Source: Sminthopsis crassicaudata (lineage: Eukaryota). Taken from it: a DNA stretch of 64,000 nucleotides. Below, one piece after another: positions 50,254 through 63,073 of the stretch. The notes below the pieces were generated by a model. It saw nothing but the letters and a program-made list of their open reading frames with translations, was not told the origin of the DNA and ran no database searches. A program made the position numbers and the translations under genes. Numbering within the stretch: the stretch's first letter is position 1; each line of letters opens with the position of its first letter. The stretch lies in the NCBI RefSeq assembly GCF_048593235.1, contig NC_133622.1:241893198-241957197 (forward strand), written 5' to 3'.

Positions 50254-50402
50254 TGGACAAGATACTTAACCCTTTTTGCCTCAGTTTTCTCATCTGCAAA
50301 ATGATCTGAGAAAGAAATGTCAAAATACTCCCGTACTTTTCCAAAGAAAAACCGAAACAGGGCCACAAAGAGTTGGAAATGACTGAAATGAAAGAATAAC
50401 AA
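50254..50402 (+). mobile_element. MAR1-type SINE 3' part
   Basis: GCCTCAGTTTTCTCATCTGCAAAATGA ... GCCACAAAGAGTTGGAAATGACTGAAATG. Confidence 0.75.
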
Positions 50403-51039
50403 TAGGTAAGAATACTAGTCTCATTTCCAGGAGAACCTTCTATTTCTTGAAATACTGTCTCCAACTCTCTGAATATATGTGAAATGCCATATAAATCCAT
50501 GTCATTTTATTAACTATAAAATGTAAGTAGTTCACTTTACATTATATTACTTAGAATAGTTCTTACAATATTATTTTTTCATATTGCTGATTTGAGCATA
50601 GCTCTTAAATGAAATATTATAGTGTGAAATTATTTTATAAATCTCAAAAAATTTAGGAAAATAATAGCTGTTACCATGGCCTATTCTGAAACCATGCATA
50701 TGAACTCTATTATTTTTTCTTCCTCCATCAATCATCCCAACTACCTTCGCCTCATAACAATTCATCCATTTGCTTATAACTTCTATTTAAATGATTAATT
50801 TTAATGAAAAAATATATAAAATTCCTGGCTAGTAATATGTAAATCAGAGTTCTTCTATAACACAGGAAAGGAGAATGTTTCTCCAGTTCCTTAATGACTG
50901 TAAATGTCAATTTTTAATTTACTATCTAAATCTACTACTTCAGAGAATCATTCCTAAGTTCAACTAGGAATTTTGTTGCTAGTCCAGTGGAGGCATATAT
51001 TTATTTATTTAGTATTGATATTAGTTCCTCATCTATGTT

Positions 51040-52427
51040 CCATTTAAGTAGGATGTAGTTTCCTTTCTTATCCTTTATTTTATTTTAAATAGATCCATTA
51101 TTTTTTGCTTGTTCTGAGATCAGGATTGCTATGACTTTTTTTTTTTTTACTTCACCTGAAACATAATAGATTCTATTCTAGCCATTTACCTTTACTCTGT
51201 ATGTATCACTCTGCTTTAAATGTGTTTTCTGCTTTAAATTGTAGGATGCTGTCTTGTATCTGCTTCTGATATGGGAGTTCATCACACATCACATTCAGCA
51301 CCATCTATGTAGACCCATAACAGAGATACAGATATCAATGTATCATTTTCCCATGTAGAAATATAAGCTTTTTAAATTTTAAAAGATATTTATTTTTTTC
51401 TTTCCTTTTTATGCTTCTCTTGAGGCTTGTAGTTGAAGATCACATTTTCTATTCACTTCTAGTCTTTTCATTAGAAATAGATGAAATTCACCTGTTTCAT
51501 TGAAGGTCCATCTTTTTCCCTAAAGATGATGCTCAGTTTTGCTGAATAGTTCATTCTTGGCTACAATCCAAGTTCATTTGCCTTTCAGAATATCAGATTT
51601 CATGTCCTTAGATCTTTTAAACCTGGCTACTTGCAAAATTTTCTCCTCGATTTGATAATTCTGAAATTTAGTTACGATGTTCCTTGTAGTTTTCATTGTG
51701 GTGTCTTTGTCAGGATTTGATTGGTGAATTTGATGAGAGTTAGATAAAGGGTACCTGAATGAAATTAGGGTTAATTGAGGTCTAGTGGCAGGTTTGGGGT
51801 ACAGGGAGTCAAATAGAGCTCTCCTATAGGAGATTGGATTCAGTGCAAGGATACAGAGTTAAATGAAGTCTAGTAGTGGCACAGAGTCCCCTATAAAGGA
51901 ATTTACAGATCTGAAAACCTAGATTAATAAAAAAGGTTTATTTGGGGATTTGGAAGTAAAGGTAATGGTAGAAAAATGCCAGGGCCAGAACTGATGCCGG
52001 GTGGACAGGAACCCTGACATGGCCAGCATGAGGATGCCATGTTTGGGGCTCCTGCAAAGAGTGGGCTCTAGGGTTCCCTTTTTTATAATTGGGGGCTTTT
52101 GGTAATCTTGAAGGTGATTGGAGTCCCAGGCTCCTGGCTGGTTTCAGCCAGGATTAGAATTGAATAGAATTCAATGGGTTTTTAGATAAGAAACTGTTTG
52201 TACTGGGGATGGGGGTTGGGAAAACCTGAGCAGATCATTAGAGTAGGGGCTGAGACAGCCCAAGGTAGCTCAGATCCAGTGGGGGCTGGGAAAGCCCAGA
52301 TATCTTCCATTGGGATTCATGGGGCTGGGAATTAGAAAGGAATATGTAATCCCTATTTTACCCTCTGTTTCTGGGACATTCAGGCAGTTTTCATTGGTAT
52401 TGGTGATTTCTTGAAAGATGATGTCTG

Positions 52428-52459
<32 letters not shown>

Positions 52460-53030
52460 CATTATGGTTTTCAGGAAGTCTGATTATTCTTATATTCTCT
52501 GTGCTATATCTATTTTCCAGGTCAATTATTTTTCCATTGAGGTATTTTACATTTTCTTCTATTTTTATTGTTTTGGTTTTCTTTGACTGATTCTTAAAGT
52601 CATATTGAGTCATTCACTAACATTTGTTCAATTCTAATTTTAGTGAATATTTTCTTGTTAGCTTTTCTATCTCCTTTTGCATTTGGCCAGTTCAACTTTT
52701 AAATGAGGTATTATATTGTTTGCATTTTTTTCTATTTCACAGATTTTGTTTTTAAATGAATTGGTTTCTTTTTCCTATGTATTTTCTAAGGAGTTTTTTT
52801 TTTTTTTTTTTCCATTTCATCAAATCTATTTTAAAGGAGTTTTCTTCAGATCTTCAGATCTTTTTGTTTTTCCTTTTCCATACCTTCTTGTAAAGATCTC
52901 ATTTTCTTTCCCCATTTTTCTTCTAACTCTATTTTAAGATACATTCTGAATTCTTCCAATAGAGCCTTGTGAGATGGAGACCAATTCATATCACCCTTTG
53001 GGGCTTCATCTGGAGCTGAATTGCCTTTAG
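51040..53030 (-). mobile_element. Old L1 (ORF1 and ORF2 endonuclease start), split by an LTR
   Basis: Reverse EN remnant 51040-51300; ORF1 remnants 51420-51730 and 52345-53030 (minus ORF ..KIIDLENRYSTENIRIIRLPENH). Confidence 0.75.
51731..52340 (-). mobile_element. Probable solo LTR inserted in L1 ORF1
   Basis: GC-richer block starting TG; reverse AATAAA (GGTTTATT near 51936) and TATA-like TTATAAAAA near 52080; the L1 frame resumes on both sides; TSD unclear. Confidence 0.7.
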
Positions 53031-53089
53031 GATGATTAACCTAATTATCTATTGAAATCATAGAAATAGTATATGGCACTTGTAAAGTA

Positions 53090-54200
53090 TCAAATACTTA
53101 ACCATGGTAAGCAAAATAATAAATGTATTTTTGCCTCTTTATCTATCCCTGCCACTCTATCATTGTAGATCTCTCCCTTCATCTCTGCTACTCTTACTCT
53201 CTCTCTCTTCTCTCTATCTGTCTCCCTCTCTATTATTACCATAAATGAATATCTTTATTTTTTAAGAAAAGTAAAATGCCCTAATATTTTAATCAAATTT
53301 TCTTCTCTCTATCATTCCATTGCAAAGTATAGAATTTGGTATGTTCATCCCACAACATGCTTTATGTCCTAAATCTGAAGATGATTTTGAGATAGCAGAA
53401 CAGTGCTAAGAATGCTTGTTTTTGAATACAAGGGAAAGGGTGCAAATCCCAGCTCCCCTGCTTGCCATTTTGGCTTTGAATAAGTTATCTCCTTTCTTTG
53501 CATCTCAGTTTGCCTAAAAATAGGATGTTGTAATATATTTTATTTCTAGTTCTTCACCTTCAATTAAGGCCACTATTATTCACAGCAATTGGCCAGGTAG
53601 ACATGATTTAGCATGAATGTATATAAGAACTGGAAATAGATTATATGTAATTATATATCAATTGTTTTATTTATGTATGTGATAAATATGAACAATTATA
53701 CATAAACTTTTCCATATATGCTCACAACTATATATAGTGCATATATATATATATATAAAACACTTTACTATGTATTAATATTTGCATATATTTCATTATA
53801 TANNNNNNNNNNNNNNNNNNNNNNNNNNNNNNNNNNNNNNNNNNNNNNNNNNNNNNNNNNNNNNNNNNNNNNNNNNNNNNNNNNNNNNNNNNNNNNNNNN
53901 NNNNNNNNNNNNNNNNNNNNNNNNNNNNNNNNNNNTAATAAATGTAGCACACTATTCTGCATGTCTATGTGATGTGTAGTAAATTATATAAATATTTGTA
54001 TATATGCATGTATATCTGCTTTATATGTTTTTGTTCACATATAATGTCTACTAACAAAATTCTAGAGAATGCCTACAGATAACATGTATATGTATATATT
54101 TATTTATAATTTGCATATGTATACACACATTTACATACAGATACTCATTATATATACATTTAAATTATACATACATACTGGCACATGTATAATTATATGT
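53090..54200. repeat. Direct duplicate of about 61620-62450 (5' flank of OR-E)
   Basis: Shared AAGGGTG..AATCC.AGCTCCCCT and CCTAAAAATAGGAT (53513 vs 61962), followed by the TA-rich tract in both. Confidence 0.8.
53803..53935. other. Assembly gap
   Basis: Run of N. Confidence 1.
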
Positions 54201-54724
54201 ATGTAAATGTGTCTATGCATAATAATTGGCTTCACTCTTTTTCTATGTCTCTGAGTGTGCATTTGTATGTGAATAAACACAAAGAGAGATTTGCTCAAAA
54301 AGAACAATAAATAACTTAAAAATAAAGTTCTCTATTGGCACTATAATTATAGGATATATTTTTTAACCTACTAGTTTCTAATTTTACTTTAATAAATCTA
54401 TGTAACATGAAAACATGCATGTGTAATGATCCATAGAGTAATGATAAGGAAAGTGGAGTTACTCTGCCATATTGCAATATCTCAAATATTTGAGATCATT
54501 TAATACCAATGATAAAAACAAAAGATAGCATTTATTCTGATGACCTTTTAAGGTCAAATAAAGCTAGGAGAAAGGGATTACAAGATTAGTTAGTCATATT
54601 ACTCCAATTCTGGTTCAGTACAAAAGAATATTCAAGGGACTAACAAATAATGGATGTAATTAACAGACCAAAAAAGCAAAAAAAAAAAAAAAAATCATGC
54701 ATTGAGAATGAAATTTACTTTGTG

Positions 54725-54935
54725 ATTCAATCATTTCAGTCATGTTCACTCTGTGACTTCATTTAAAATGTTCTTTGCAGAGATACTTGTTTTTCATTTC
54801 CTTCCACAGATCATTTTACATCTGGGAAAACTGAGACAAACAGACTTTTTTGTTTGAGTGTTTGATTAGGGTCACACAGCTGGTAAGTGTCTGAGTTCTG
54901 CTATTAGTTCAACATGAAGAGTCTACCTGACTCCA
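54725..54935 (-). mobile_element. MAR1-type SINE remnant
   Basis: TTTCAGTCATGTTCACTCTGTGAC ... GAAAACTGAGACAAACAG ... GGTCACACAGCTGGTAAGTGTCTGAG. Confidence 0.7.
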
Positions 54936-56539
54936 AGCCATTGTGATAATTAGACAAATGCAGTTTATTTAGAGAAATATTTAAAATATTTGGTTGGGTT
55001 TCAAAAATCTCTTGTTATTATTAAGTTACCACATTGTTGAGTTTTTTTAACCTATGAATAGATGCAGAATTAGTTTAATAAATGAGATAAATAGCTGAAT
55101 AATTTTGTTATCTGTGAATTCATTGACAGTGACATAATTTCATGACAATAAAAGCTGTTGAAATAATTGGCTGCAAAAAATGTGTCATATAATTCAGATT
55201 TAGAAAGCAAGTATACTAATGTGCTATGTTAGATTAATGGTGGAAAATGATGTTCCATTTGGCATGCCATTAAAAAAAATCCACCATTAGTAAATATCTT
55301 GCAGAAGGTGAACAGGGAAATTAAGGGATACCAGGTACGATTCTAGTCTTGAATTAAGAAATTGGCTGTGAAGACAGAAAGGACAAATGATCATTGTCAT
55401 CATGAATGTGAAAGTCTCTCATGTAAGGGAAGAAGTTTAGAGATATTTAGCTTGAACCTAAAGAGAAAAATAATTAATGCAAATATTAGAATTGCAGAAA
55501 AGTAAATTTAAGAGAGTCCTAATGAAAGAATCTTCAAATCATAAGAATTATCCAAAAGGGCAAAGGGCTGTCTTGGGTTATATGAGACTATAACTCCAAG
55601 TGCAAAAACTTAGTATACATGATTTAATAAGACATTTGTGAAAAAGTGAAGTTTCATCACTGAAATAAGAATTCATTTCCAGTGCAAAGTGCCATAAATT
55701 AACTCTCATGTTTGTTATAAATTTATTTTCCTTAATTTATATCATAATGATGTAGAAAGCTTATTCTCAATCTTTTATAATTCTACTCATTATTTTTCCT
55801 TCTTAATTATGTACAGTTATGATTCTTTATTAAATATTTTATTTTCTCAGTATAATAACTTACTCAGAGACAGAAAACACATTAGCATGATTTTAGATAA
55901 TTTTACTGTACATGGAAAGGGAGAATTATTAAAATGAAGACATAGAGCTACTTGCTCTAAATTGAATGATAAGGAGGGCTATGGAATTGTAGAAATATTT
56001 TATATGTCTTAATTTGCCCAAAGAAAAGAAATATTCTTTCTGTTTCTGTGTCTCAATTTCTCTGTTTTTATACTCCTCCCCCAAACTGATTCTCTCTCTC
56101 TCTGCCCACAAATATGACTGAATTTCTCTCTGTCTTTTTCTTGCTTTTATCTTTCTCTTTTAACCTCTTCCTCTCTCTTTCTTAAACACAAAGCCACAAA
56201 ATCATAATTAAATTGAAATTTTTAGGAAAAATTTTTCGTGTTGATAGAAAACTAATAGAAAGTATAATAAAATGGCACTCAAAGTACCTCTTGATCTTTG
56301 TCATTATTTAAGATATAGTAAAAGGTTTCAACCTCAGTCACACTTGACTTAAGGAAAATGGAAATTTCAGGCCAGTTTTTTATATTTTCAAATAGAATCT
56401 CTTGACAGACTCACTTTTAGTACATTTTAAATGCAAGGGGAAAATAAGCTGAATTTTTTTGTTTGTTTTTTTATATAGGAAGTATGACAAAAGAGAATGT
56501 TAATGCATTTAGATTTGACTAATTGCTCTATACATGGAT

Positions 56540-57463
56540 TTACTTAGGAAGTAGTTTTCTCAGTGCAGCAATGACATCCTTATTTCTCAGACTGTAGATG
56601 AGGGGGTTAAACAATGGAGTCACAATAGTGTAGAAAAGAGCAAGAACTTTGCTAGATCCTGATGATTGACTGGATTTTGGCTGCAAATATGCAATACTTC
56701 CAGTCCCATAGAAAAAGAACACAACCATTAGATGAGAAGAACAAGTAGAGAAAGCTTTGGCTCTTCCTGAAGTAGAGGGCAATTTTAGGATCGTAGTTAT
56801 GATTTTGATATAGGAGGCAAGTATAAACAAAAAGGGAATTATAACAAATAGTAGAGCCACAACATGGACAGAGACCTCTATCTTATATGTGTCTGTGCAG
56901 GCCAATAGGAATAAAGGTGGGGCATCACAGAAAATATGATTGATTTTATTAGGGCCACAGAAGTTCATGGAAAAAATCTGATATGTCTCACCAATCAGGG
57001 CTGGGACCGCAGTCAACCAGGAAGCCACAACCATTTGGACACACGCTTTGTGATTCATGATGAGAGGATAATAGAGAGGCTTAGTGATTGCCACATAACG
57101 ATCATAAGCCATCACAGTCAGGAGAAGGCACTCTGCCCCTCCAAAAATATAAAGGAAACAAGCTTGTATAGCACAGGCTATGAAAGAAATAATTCTCTTC
57201 TGGGTCCAGAGATCTGCCAACATTCTGGGCAGAGTGACTGATGTGTAACAGATTTCCAAAAAGGAAAAGTTCCCCAGGAAAAAATACATAGGGGTATGGA
57301 GAGCTGGATCAGTCTTGGTTATAACAATGAGGAGGCTATTTCCTATTAGTATACTTAGGTAGATGATAAAGAAAATCCCAAAGAGAAACCCTTGGTGATT
57401 GGGAAGGTCAGAAAATCCCAGGAGAATGAATTCCATCATATTTGTGAGATTGTTCGCTGTCAT
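56540..57463 (-). CDS. OR10AG1-like: Olfactory receptor (OR-E), OR10AG1-like, intact 307 aa, convergent with OR-D
   Basis: HTPMYFFLGNFS, MAYDRYVAIT, FCGPNKINHIFCD, KAFSTCSSHL, NPLIYSLRN; acceptor tcatttccaCAG at 57480 on the minus strand. Confidence 0.95.
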   Translation of the reverse strand: MTANNLTNMMEFILLGFSDLPNHQGFLFGIFFIIYLSILIGNSLLIVITKTDPALHTPMYFFLGNFSFLEICYTSVTLPRMLADLWTQKRIISFIACAIQACFLYIFGGAECLLLTVMAYDRYVAITKPLYYPLIMNHKACVQMVVASWLTAVPALIGETYQIFSMNFCGPNKINHIFCDAPPLFLLACTDTYKIEVSVHVVALLFVIIPFLFILASYIKIITTILKLPSTSGRAKAFSTCSSHLMVVFFFYGTGSIAYLQPKSSQSSGSSKVLALFYTIVTPLFNPLIYSLRNKDVIAALRKLLPK

Positions 57464-58769
57464 TTGGTTTTTCTTCTGCCTGTGGAAATGATGAATTCAA
57501 AATGAAGCAATCACTTTCCAGCTCTGGTCCTCTCTTTCCCTCCTTCAAACAGGAAGAGTTGGATTAGAAGATCCGCCTAGATTTAATTTTACATTTTTAT
57601 CACCAACTCCAATATTCAAGGTTATATTCTTTCAATTTCTTTTTCATTTCTAACATTCTATATAATTGGAGAAAAGTCCAAATCAACCAATAAGGAATTA
57701 TTAAATCTCTATCCTGTGCCAAGGACTCTAATCAAATTTTATAACCATACTTTTAAGTTAAAATTTCCCTTAAAATCTTAATTTTAAATAAGAACAAAAT
57801 TATATACCATATTGAAATTCTGTTGTATGATTTTGCCATTATTTTCAAATTTTATCTTATTTCTTTATCTTCCACTATGTAATCTTCATTTGTATTTGCT
57901 AGGCAAAAATCAATTCCTCCCTTTCTTGAATCACTATTTTATAGCATTTATTCTAAATGTTTGTCAATTAACAAATGTTTGCTACTTAACCTTAGTAATG
58001 TATTCCATGTGTATATCCTATACTTGTGAGATATTTTCAAAAAATGATAGACATACTCTCTAGACCATTTGATCATTAAAAAAAAAAAAGAGCCCAACTG
58101 GTTATTAATGAATGGATGATTATTTCTTCATCTCTCTTAGAACAAAGACAACCATGTTGTGGGTTCACAGTTTAAAACTTATTCCAATGGGGACTGATGC
58201 AACATTATAATATCACCTGTGGATAAAGAAAATTTCTAGGGCATAGAGGACTCCTAGTCTTGATCTATCCAGAAAAAATGATCTGTCTCCATACAACTGC
58301 AGTAGCACAGGATAACATTCCATACCTCGGATTATATTCCTGACAAGATTTGGGTGGGGTTTGACCAAGATGGAACAAAGTCAATGTAATCTAATTATCA
58401 GTAATACCATTTTGATGAAAAATGATCTTATTAAATAAGGAATTTAGAAGAGAGAGCCTCAGAATTTCCCCAGCGTACTTTTTTTTTTTTTTTAAATAAT
58501 TTCTCACCCTTGGTCCTGGGTTCTTAGTACCTGAAAGTTAGTGAACATGCATTTTGCAACTTCATTGATTTTGAACTGAATTCTGCACAAAACAAGAATT
58601 TAATAAATGTTTCACTGAACTTCTGTTGAAAGAAGGAGCTACATACTTCTGTGTTAGTCCACTGAAGTAAAAAAATATTTGATAAATATTCTGATTTTCT
58701 TTTCTTTCATTTTAACACATTTGCTGATGTCATTTTTCAATAATGCTGAACACTCCTTGATACTGTTTG

Positions 58770-58960
58770 AGATTTTCTTGCAAAGATAGTGTAGGGATTT
58801 GTCCTTTCCATCTCCACCTCATTTTACAAATGAGAACCTGAGTCAAAGAGTTAAAGAGGTTGCCCATAATCACTCCTAGTTGTGAGGCTGGATTTGACCT
58901 CAATGAAACTAATTCTGCTTCCAAATTCAGTGCTTTATTAATTATATCATCTATCTGCCC
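58770..58960 (-). mobile_element. MIR-type SINE remnant
   Basis: CTCATTTTACAAATGAGAACCTGAG ... GGATTTGACCTC. Confidence 0.6.
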
Positions 58961-59220
58961 CATCCTCTATTAAGATTAAAAACCCAAATCTCTTTAACTT
59001 GCTATTTTGTTGTACTATAATATTTAAATAAAATCCTGTAGCAAAATCTTTTTCATTTTTAAAATATTTGTATTTATTTTGTCAATTGTTTTCCTAATTC
59101 TGCCTATTTTGCTTTTGATGAGCTCATACAAGTACTAATAATGGTTAGTAGCATTTACATATAATTATTTGACATCTGTGAAATATTGTATAATCACAGT
59201 CAGCTCATTTATTTTTGTTT

Positions 59221-59257
<37 letters not shown>

Positions 59258-59541
59258 GATTCAAAATTTGCTCTCCATCTTTTCTTATGTTATGACAATA
59301 GTGTGACAAATAAGTGTAAAATATTGCATAGCATATATATGTGTGTATATATATATATACACAAATATATTTCATTTAGTATTATCCTTTCTTATAACAA
59401 TGCTGCAGCAAATAATTGAAATATATAATCACAGTCAACTCATTTAAACTTCATTATACACACACACACACACATATATAAATTTACTCAACATCATTTG
59501 TTATGTTATAATATTGTAACAAATAACAAGCTCTTTCTTAA

Positions 59542-59542
<1 letters not shown>

Positions 59543-59587
<45 letters not shown>
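59543..59587. repeat. (CA)n microsatellite
   Basis: Direct read. Confidence 0.95.
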
Positions 59588-59588
<1 letters not shown>

Positions 59589-60863
59589 GGGCAGTCAAAA
59601 TGGCAAAGAGGGGAGCCAGGATTTACAATCTTGTCCTTGTATTTATAATTGGGTCTTCCTGACTATAGGGCCAGTATTTTGTCCATTATGCAACCTAAGT
59701 ACCTTTAAGTATTTGACTTATGTCCCATAGTTAATAGAACAAAGAATATCAATGCATATTTCATTGTTATTATTTATGTGACAGAAAAATGAAAATTAAT
59801 ACAACTTTCTCTTTGACAGCATATCTATTAAATTAGTTTACTTTAAAAAATTAAAACACAAAAAATTTTGTTTTATCAATACTAAAGTTCTAGCAAGAAG
59901 ACAATAACAATGATACTCTTGGTAATTGATCCATGATTCTCAAAATCCATTTGGAACTTTGCAAGAAAAGTCATTGAACTAGTCACTCTACTTGGAACAG
60001 CAGCTGATTATTGTAACAAATTCTGGAAGGGTATCAATGACAGAAAGAAATATCCTACAGATAGCAAATTTTCATAGTACTATTTGTGTAAACAAAACAA
60101 ACATTCAAAATATGGAATGAAATCGATATTCACAGTGAATATATAAACATTTGTTGATATGCTACTTTAACTAGGGATTATACTAAAAAAGATGGCAATA
60201 TGAGAAATAAAATATAATGAATTAAGAAGAAATTTAATGAGAAATTAATTGAGAAAAAAATTGAGAAAAAATTAATGAATTGAGAAGAATAGAGTATCAA
60301 ATTCTGTTCAACCTTACAGTGAATTGACAATAGTAAAAGGAAGCTCAGTTGAGATTGTTTGCACTAACAATTATCTTGAAGAACAAATGACGAAGCCTGC
60401 TTTCCTGTTCTTAGAAATGAGAGTTGAGGGGAATATAGCTCTGCAGTATTGGATTAGTGCTTCAGTATTGTTGCTCCAATGTTTGTTTTTCTTTAAATCT
60501 TTCTAAATTCTTTATTAAAAATAAAATTAAGTGGTTGGGATGTTTAGAGAAATGGTTGTGCTTAAAAATAAATTATAACATACTTTTAAATATAAAATGA
60601 TTTACAAATAAGCTACAAATTGTATTCATTTGGCTATTTTTATGTATGCTGATGAAGAGTCATACTTTGATAATTTGAATGGTAAGATGAGAGGGGATAT
60701 TCTATATAAAATCCTTCCTTTTTTGCACACCCTCTTTTCTTAGTCTCTATCCTTGAGAGGGTTCATAAAATTCAGGCCTAATACAGAACTCATGGTTCAG
60801 AGTTCAAACCATGAATTTCTTCCATATAAGACAAATTCAAAGATTGACAACAAAAGAGACCAC

Positions 60864-60910
60864 ACTTACCTTTCTCAGATGAAAATAATCATATCCAGCT
60901 GCTTATTTCT
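60864..60910 (-). other. Putative 41-nt 5'UTR micro-exon of OR-E
   Basis: Minus strand: GCTAAT ... tattcttCAG (60911) | exon | GAAAG|GTAAGTGT (GT at 60869). Confidence 0.75.
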
Positions 60911-61329
60911 CTGAAGAATATAGTAAAATAATATTAGCACATAAGTGGCATCCTTAAATTTCTTTAGTGCTTATAAAGATGTTTAACATATAATTTTATC
61001 TAAACCTCATATCAAAACTAAAGGACAATATTCCAGGTGTTTCTATTTTGCAAATTAAGAGACTCCGATTCAAACAATCTGAGTAACTTTTTTCAAAAAA
61101 TCACAATGATTGTCAAAGTAAGGATTGAAACCCAGTGTTTTTATTACTTCTGCTTCAGTACTCTACTAGATATTTCTCACACAAGAATTACATTATCTCC
61201 AAATTACATAATTACAATATCTCATATTAAAGCCATATCCTGCAAAAATGATCAACTTCTCTGCTCAAAATGACTCTTTAATCAAAGTTGATGACCTTTA
61301 TAAATAGAAATGGTTCCTGACTTTTTAGC

Positions 61330-61432
61330 CCTGTGGGGACAGCACTTCTCCCATGCTACTTATGACATTTTAATGAAATGGATGATATACTGGCTCAAAG
61401 TCCAGTAAGCTGAGCACCTCTTAATGAAGGAA
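61330..61432 (-). promoter_or_regulatory. Putative OR promoter of OR-E
   Basis: TTTTAATGA 61368-61376, TGGCTCAAAG 61391-61400, CTTAATGAAG 61420-61429; O/E-like site has one mismatch; homologous to 8700-8780 in reverse. Confidence 0.7.
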
Positions 61433-62267
61433 TATTACATATTAGAAAAATCTGAGGGTTTTACTCAAGAGATCACGTTTCATTTTTCCTTCAGACCTTA
61501 TAATTTATTTAACTAATGCACAATGTCTATTCAACTGTCAGCCTGAGTTTTCTATCTGTAAAATGTTGTTTTACATTCCTTGTATTCATGATTTTTTTGG
61601 TGAAAATTATAATTAGGAAGTATTTTCAGTCACAGTAGTTATTATCATAAATAATAATTACTCAATTCTTCATTTTATTGAGAAAAGTGAAAAACTGGAT
61701 ATTTTTAACAAAATTATCTTTTGTATATCATCTCACTGAAAATTATAAAACTTGTCATGTTTACTCCATCACATGTTATAAGTTCCAAATCTGAGAATGA
61801 TACACCTGTACATCTGTGTACTCTTAATGTATTGAGATAAGAGAAAAATGTTAAGAATTCTGGATGATGAATACTATGACAAGGGTGTGAATCCTAGCTC
61901 CCCTCTCCCTTGTCTTTTTGACACTGAGTAAGTTATTTATCTTCTTTGCTCCTTTTTTGTACCTAAAAATAGGATCTTGTAGTATATTATGTCTTTCACC
62001 TTTACTAAAGGCAATATATATTCATAGCAGTTGGCTAGTAAGCATTATTTACTGTGAATTTATATAAGAATTAGAATTAATATGCTGTATAATGATGTAT
62101 ATTATGTTGTATTTCTATATATAGAGTAAATATGCATATTCATGAAATTTTACACATTTGCATATAACTATATATCACACATAAATGTGCACATATGTGA
62201 ATTTACATCCATATGTAAACCTGCACTTTGCATGATTATATGATTATGTTTCACTGTATACTCTGTG

Positions 62268-62309
<42 letters not shown>

Positions 62310-62489
62310 TTTGTGTGTTTACACATATACATATGGTAATACATAATATATATATATATATATACATTTATTATACTCCACATTCCTTATACAGATACAT
62401 GATGTGAAGTATATTATATAAGTATTTGCATTATAAGTATTTGTTCACATATAATATCTATGATCACAATCCTAAAGATACCTACACAT

Positions 62490-63073
62490 GGAGCCAACAT
62501 AGCTGAGAATAGACATATATCTATCTGACCTCCACCAGGTTTCCCTCAAATTAACAGCAGATTAAGGCTCTGAACTGGTTTTGGAGTGACAGAACCCACC
62601 AATATTTGGAGTAAAACAAATTTTCAGAAGAAGATACTTTGGAAGAATTTCAGAAAAGGAAGGTTTTTGTAGGGTGAGGGAGAGCTGCCAAGTTCAGACC
62701 CAAGCAAAGGGAGGCCGGGGCAGGGAGCTGGAGAGGGTACCCAAAGTGTTGCAGCATCTGTGCACCAGGCAAATCTACTGAGGGCTTTTAGGTGACTCTG
62801 TCCCGGTTACACGTGAGTGGCTCAGCAGATTTGTTCTAATAAAGTCAAAGCAATTACACAAGGTAAATTGTGAGCCTCTGAACCCCAGGACCCCAGAAAA
62901 ATTGGACTTAGCCCCACCTACTCAGCACCAGAAGCCAGTTACTAGCACAGGCCTTAGGACCAACTGAAGCAGCTATTGTCCCTTTCTTGTAAGAGCAAAA
63001 CTCAACCTTTTAAAAAAAATGAACAAAAAAAGTAAAAAGAAATGACATTTCTTTTATAGAGAAATGGAAGAAT
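62490..63073 (+). mobile_element. Old L1/HAL1 5'UTR and first ORF1 codons; similar to the 2882 element
   Basis: GGAGCCAACATAGC start; CTCTGAACTGGTTTT..TGACA.AACCCAC.AAT.TTTGGAGT.AAACAAATT shared with 2960-3015; ORF1 ATG at 63019. Confidence 0.8.
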
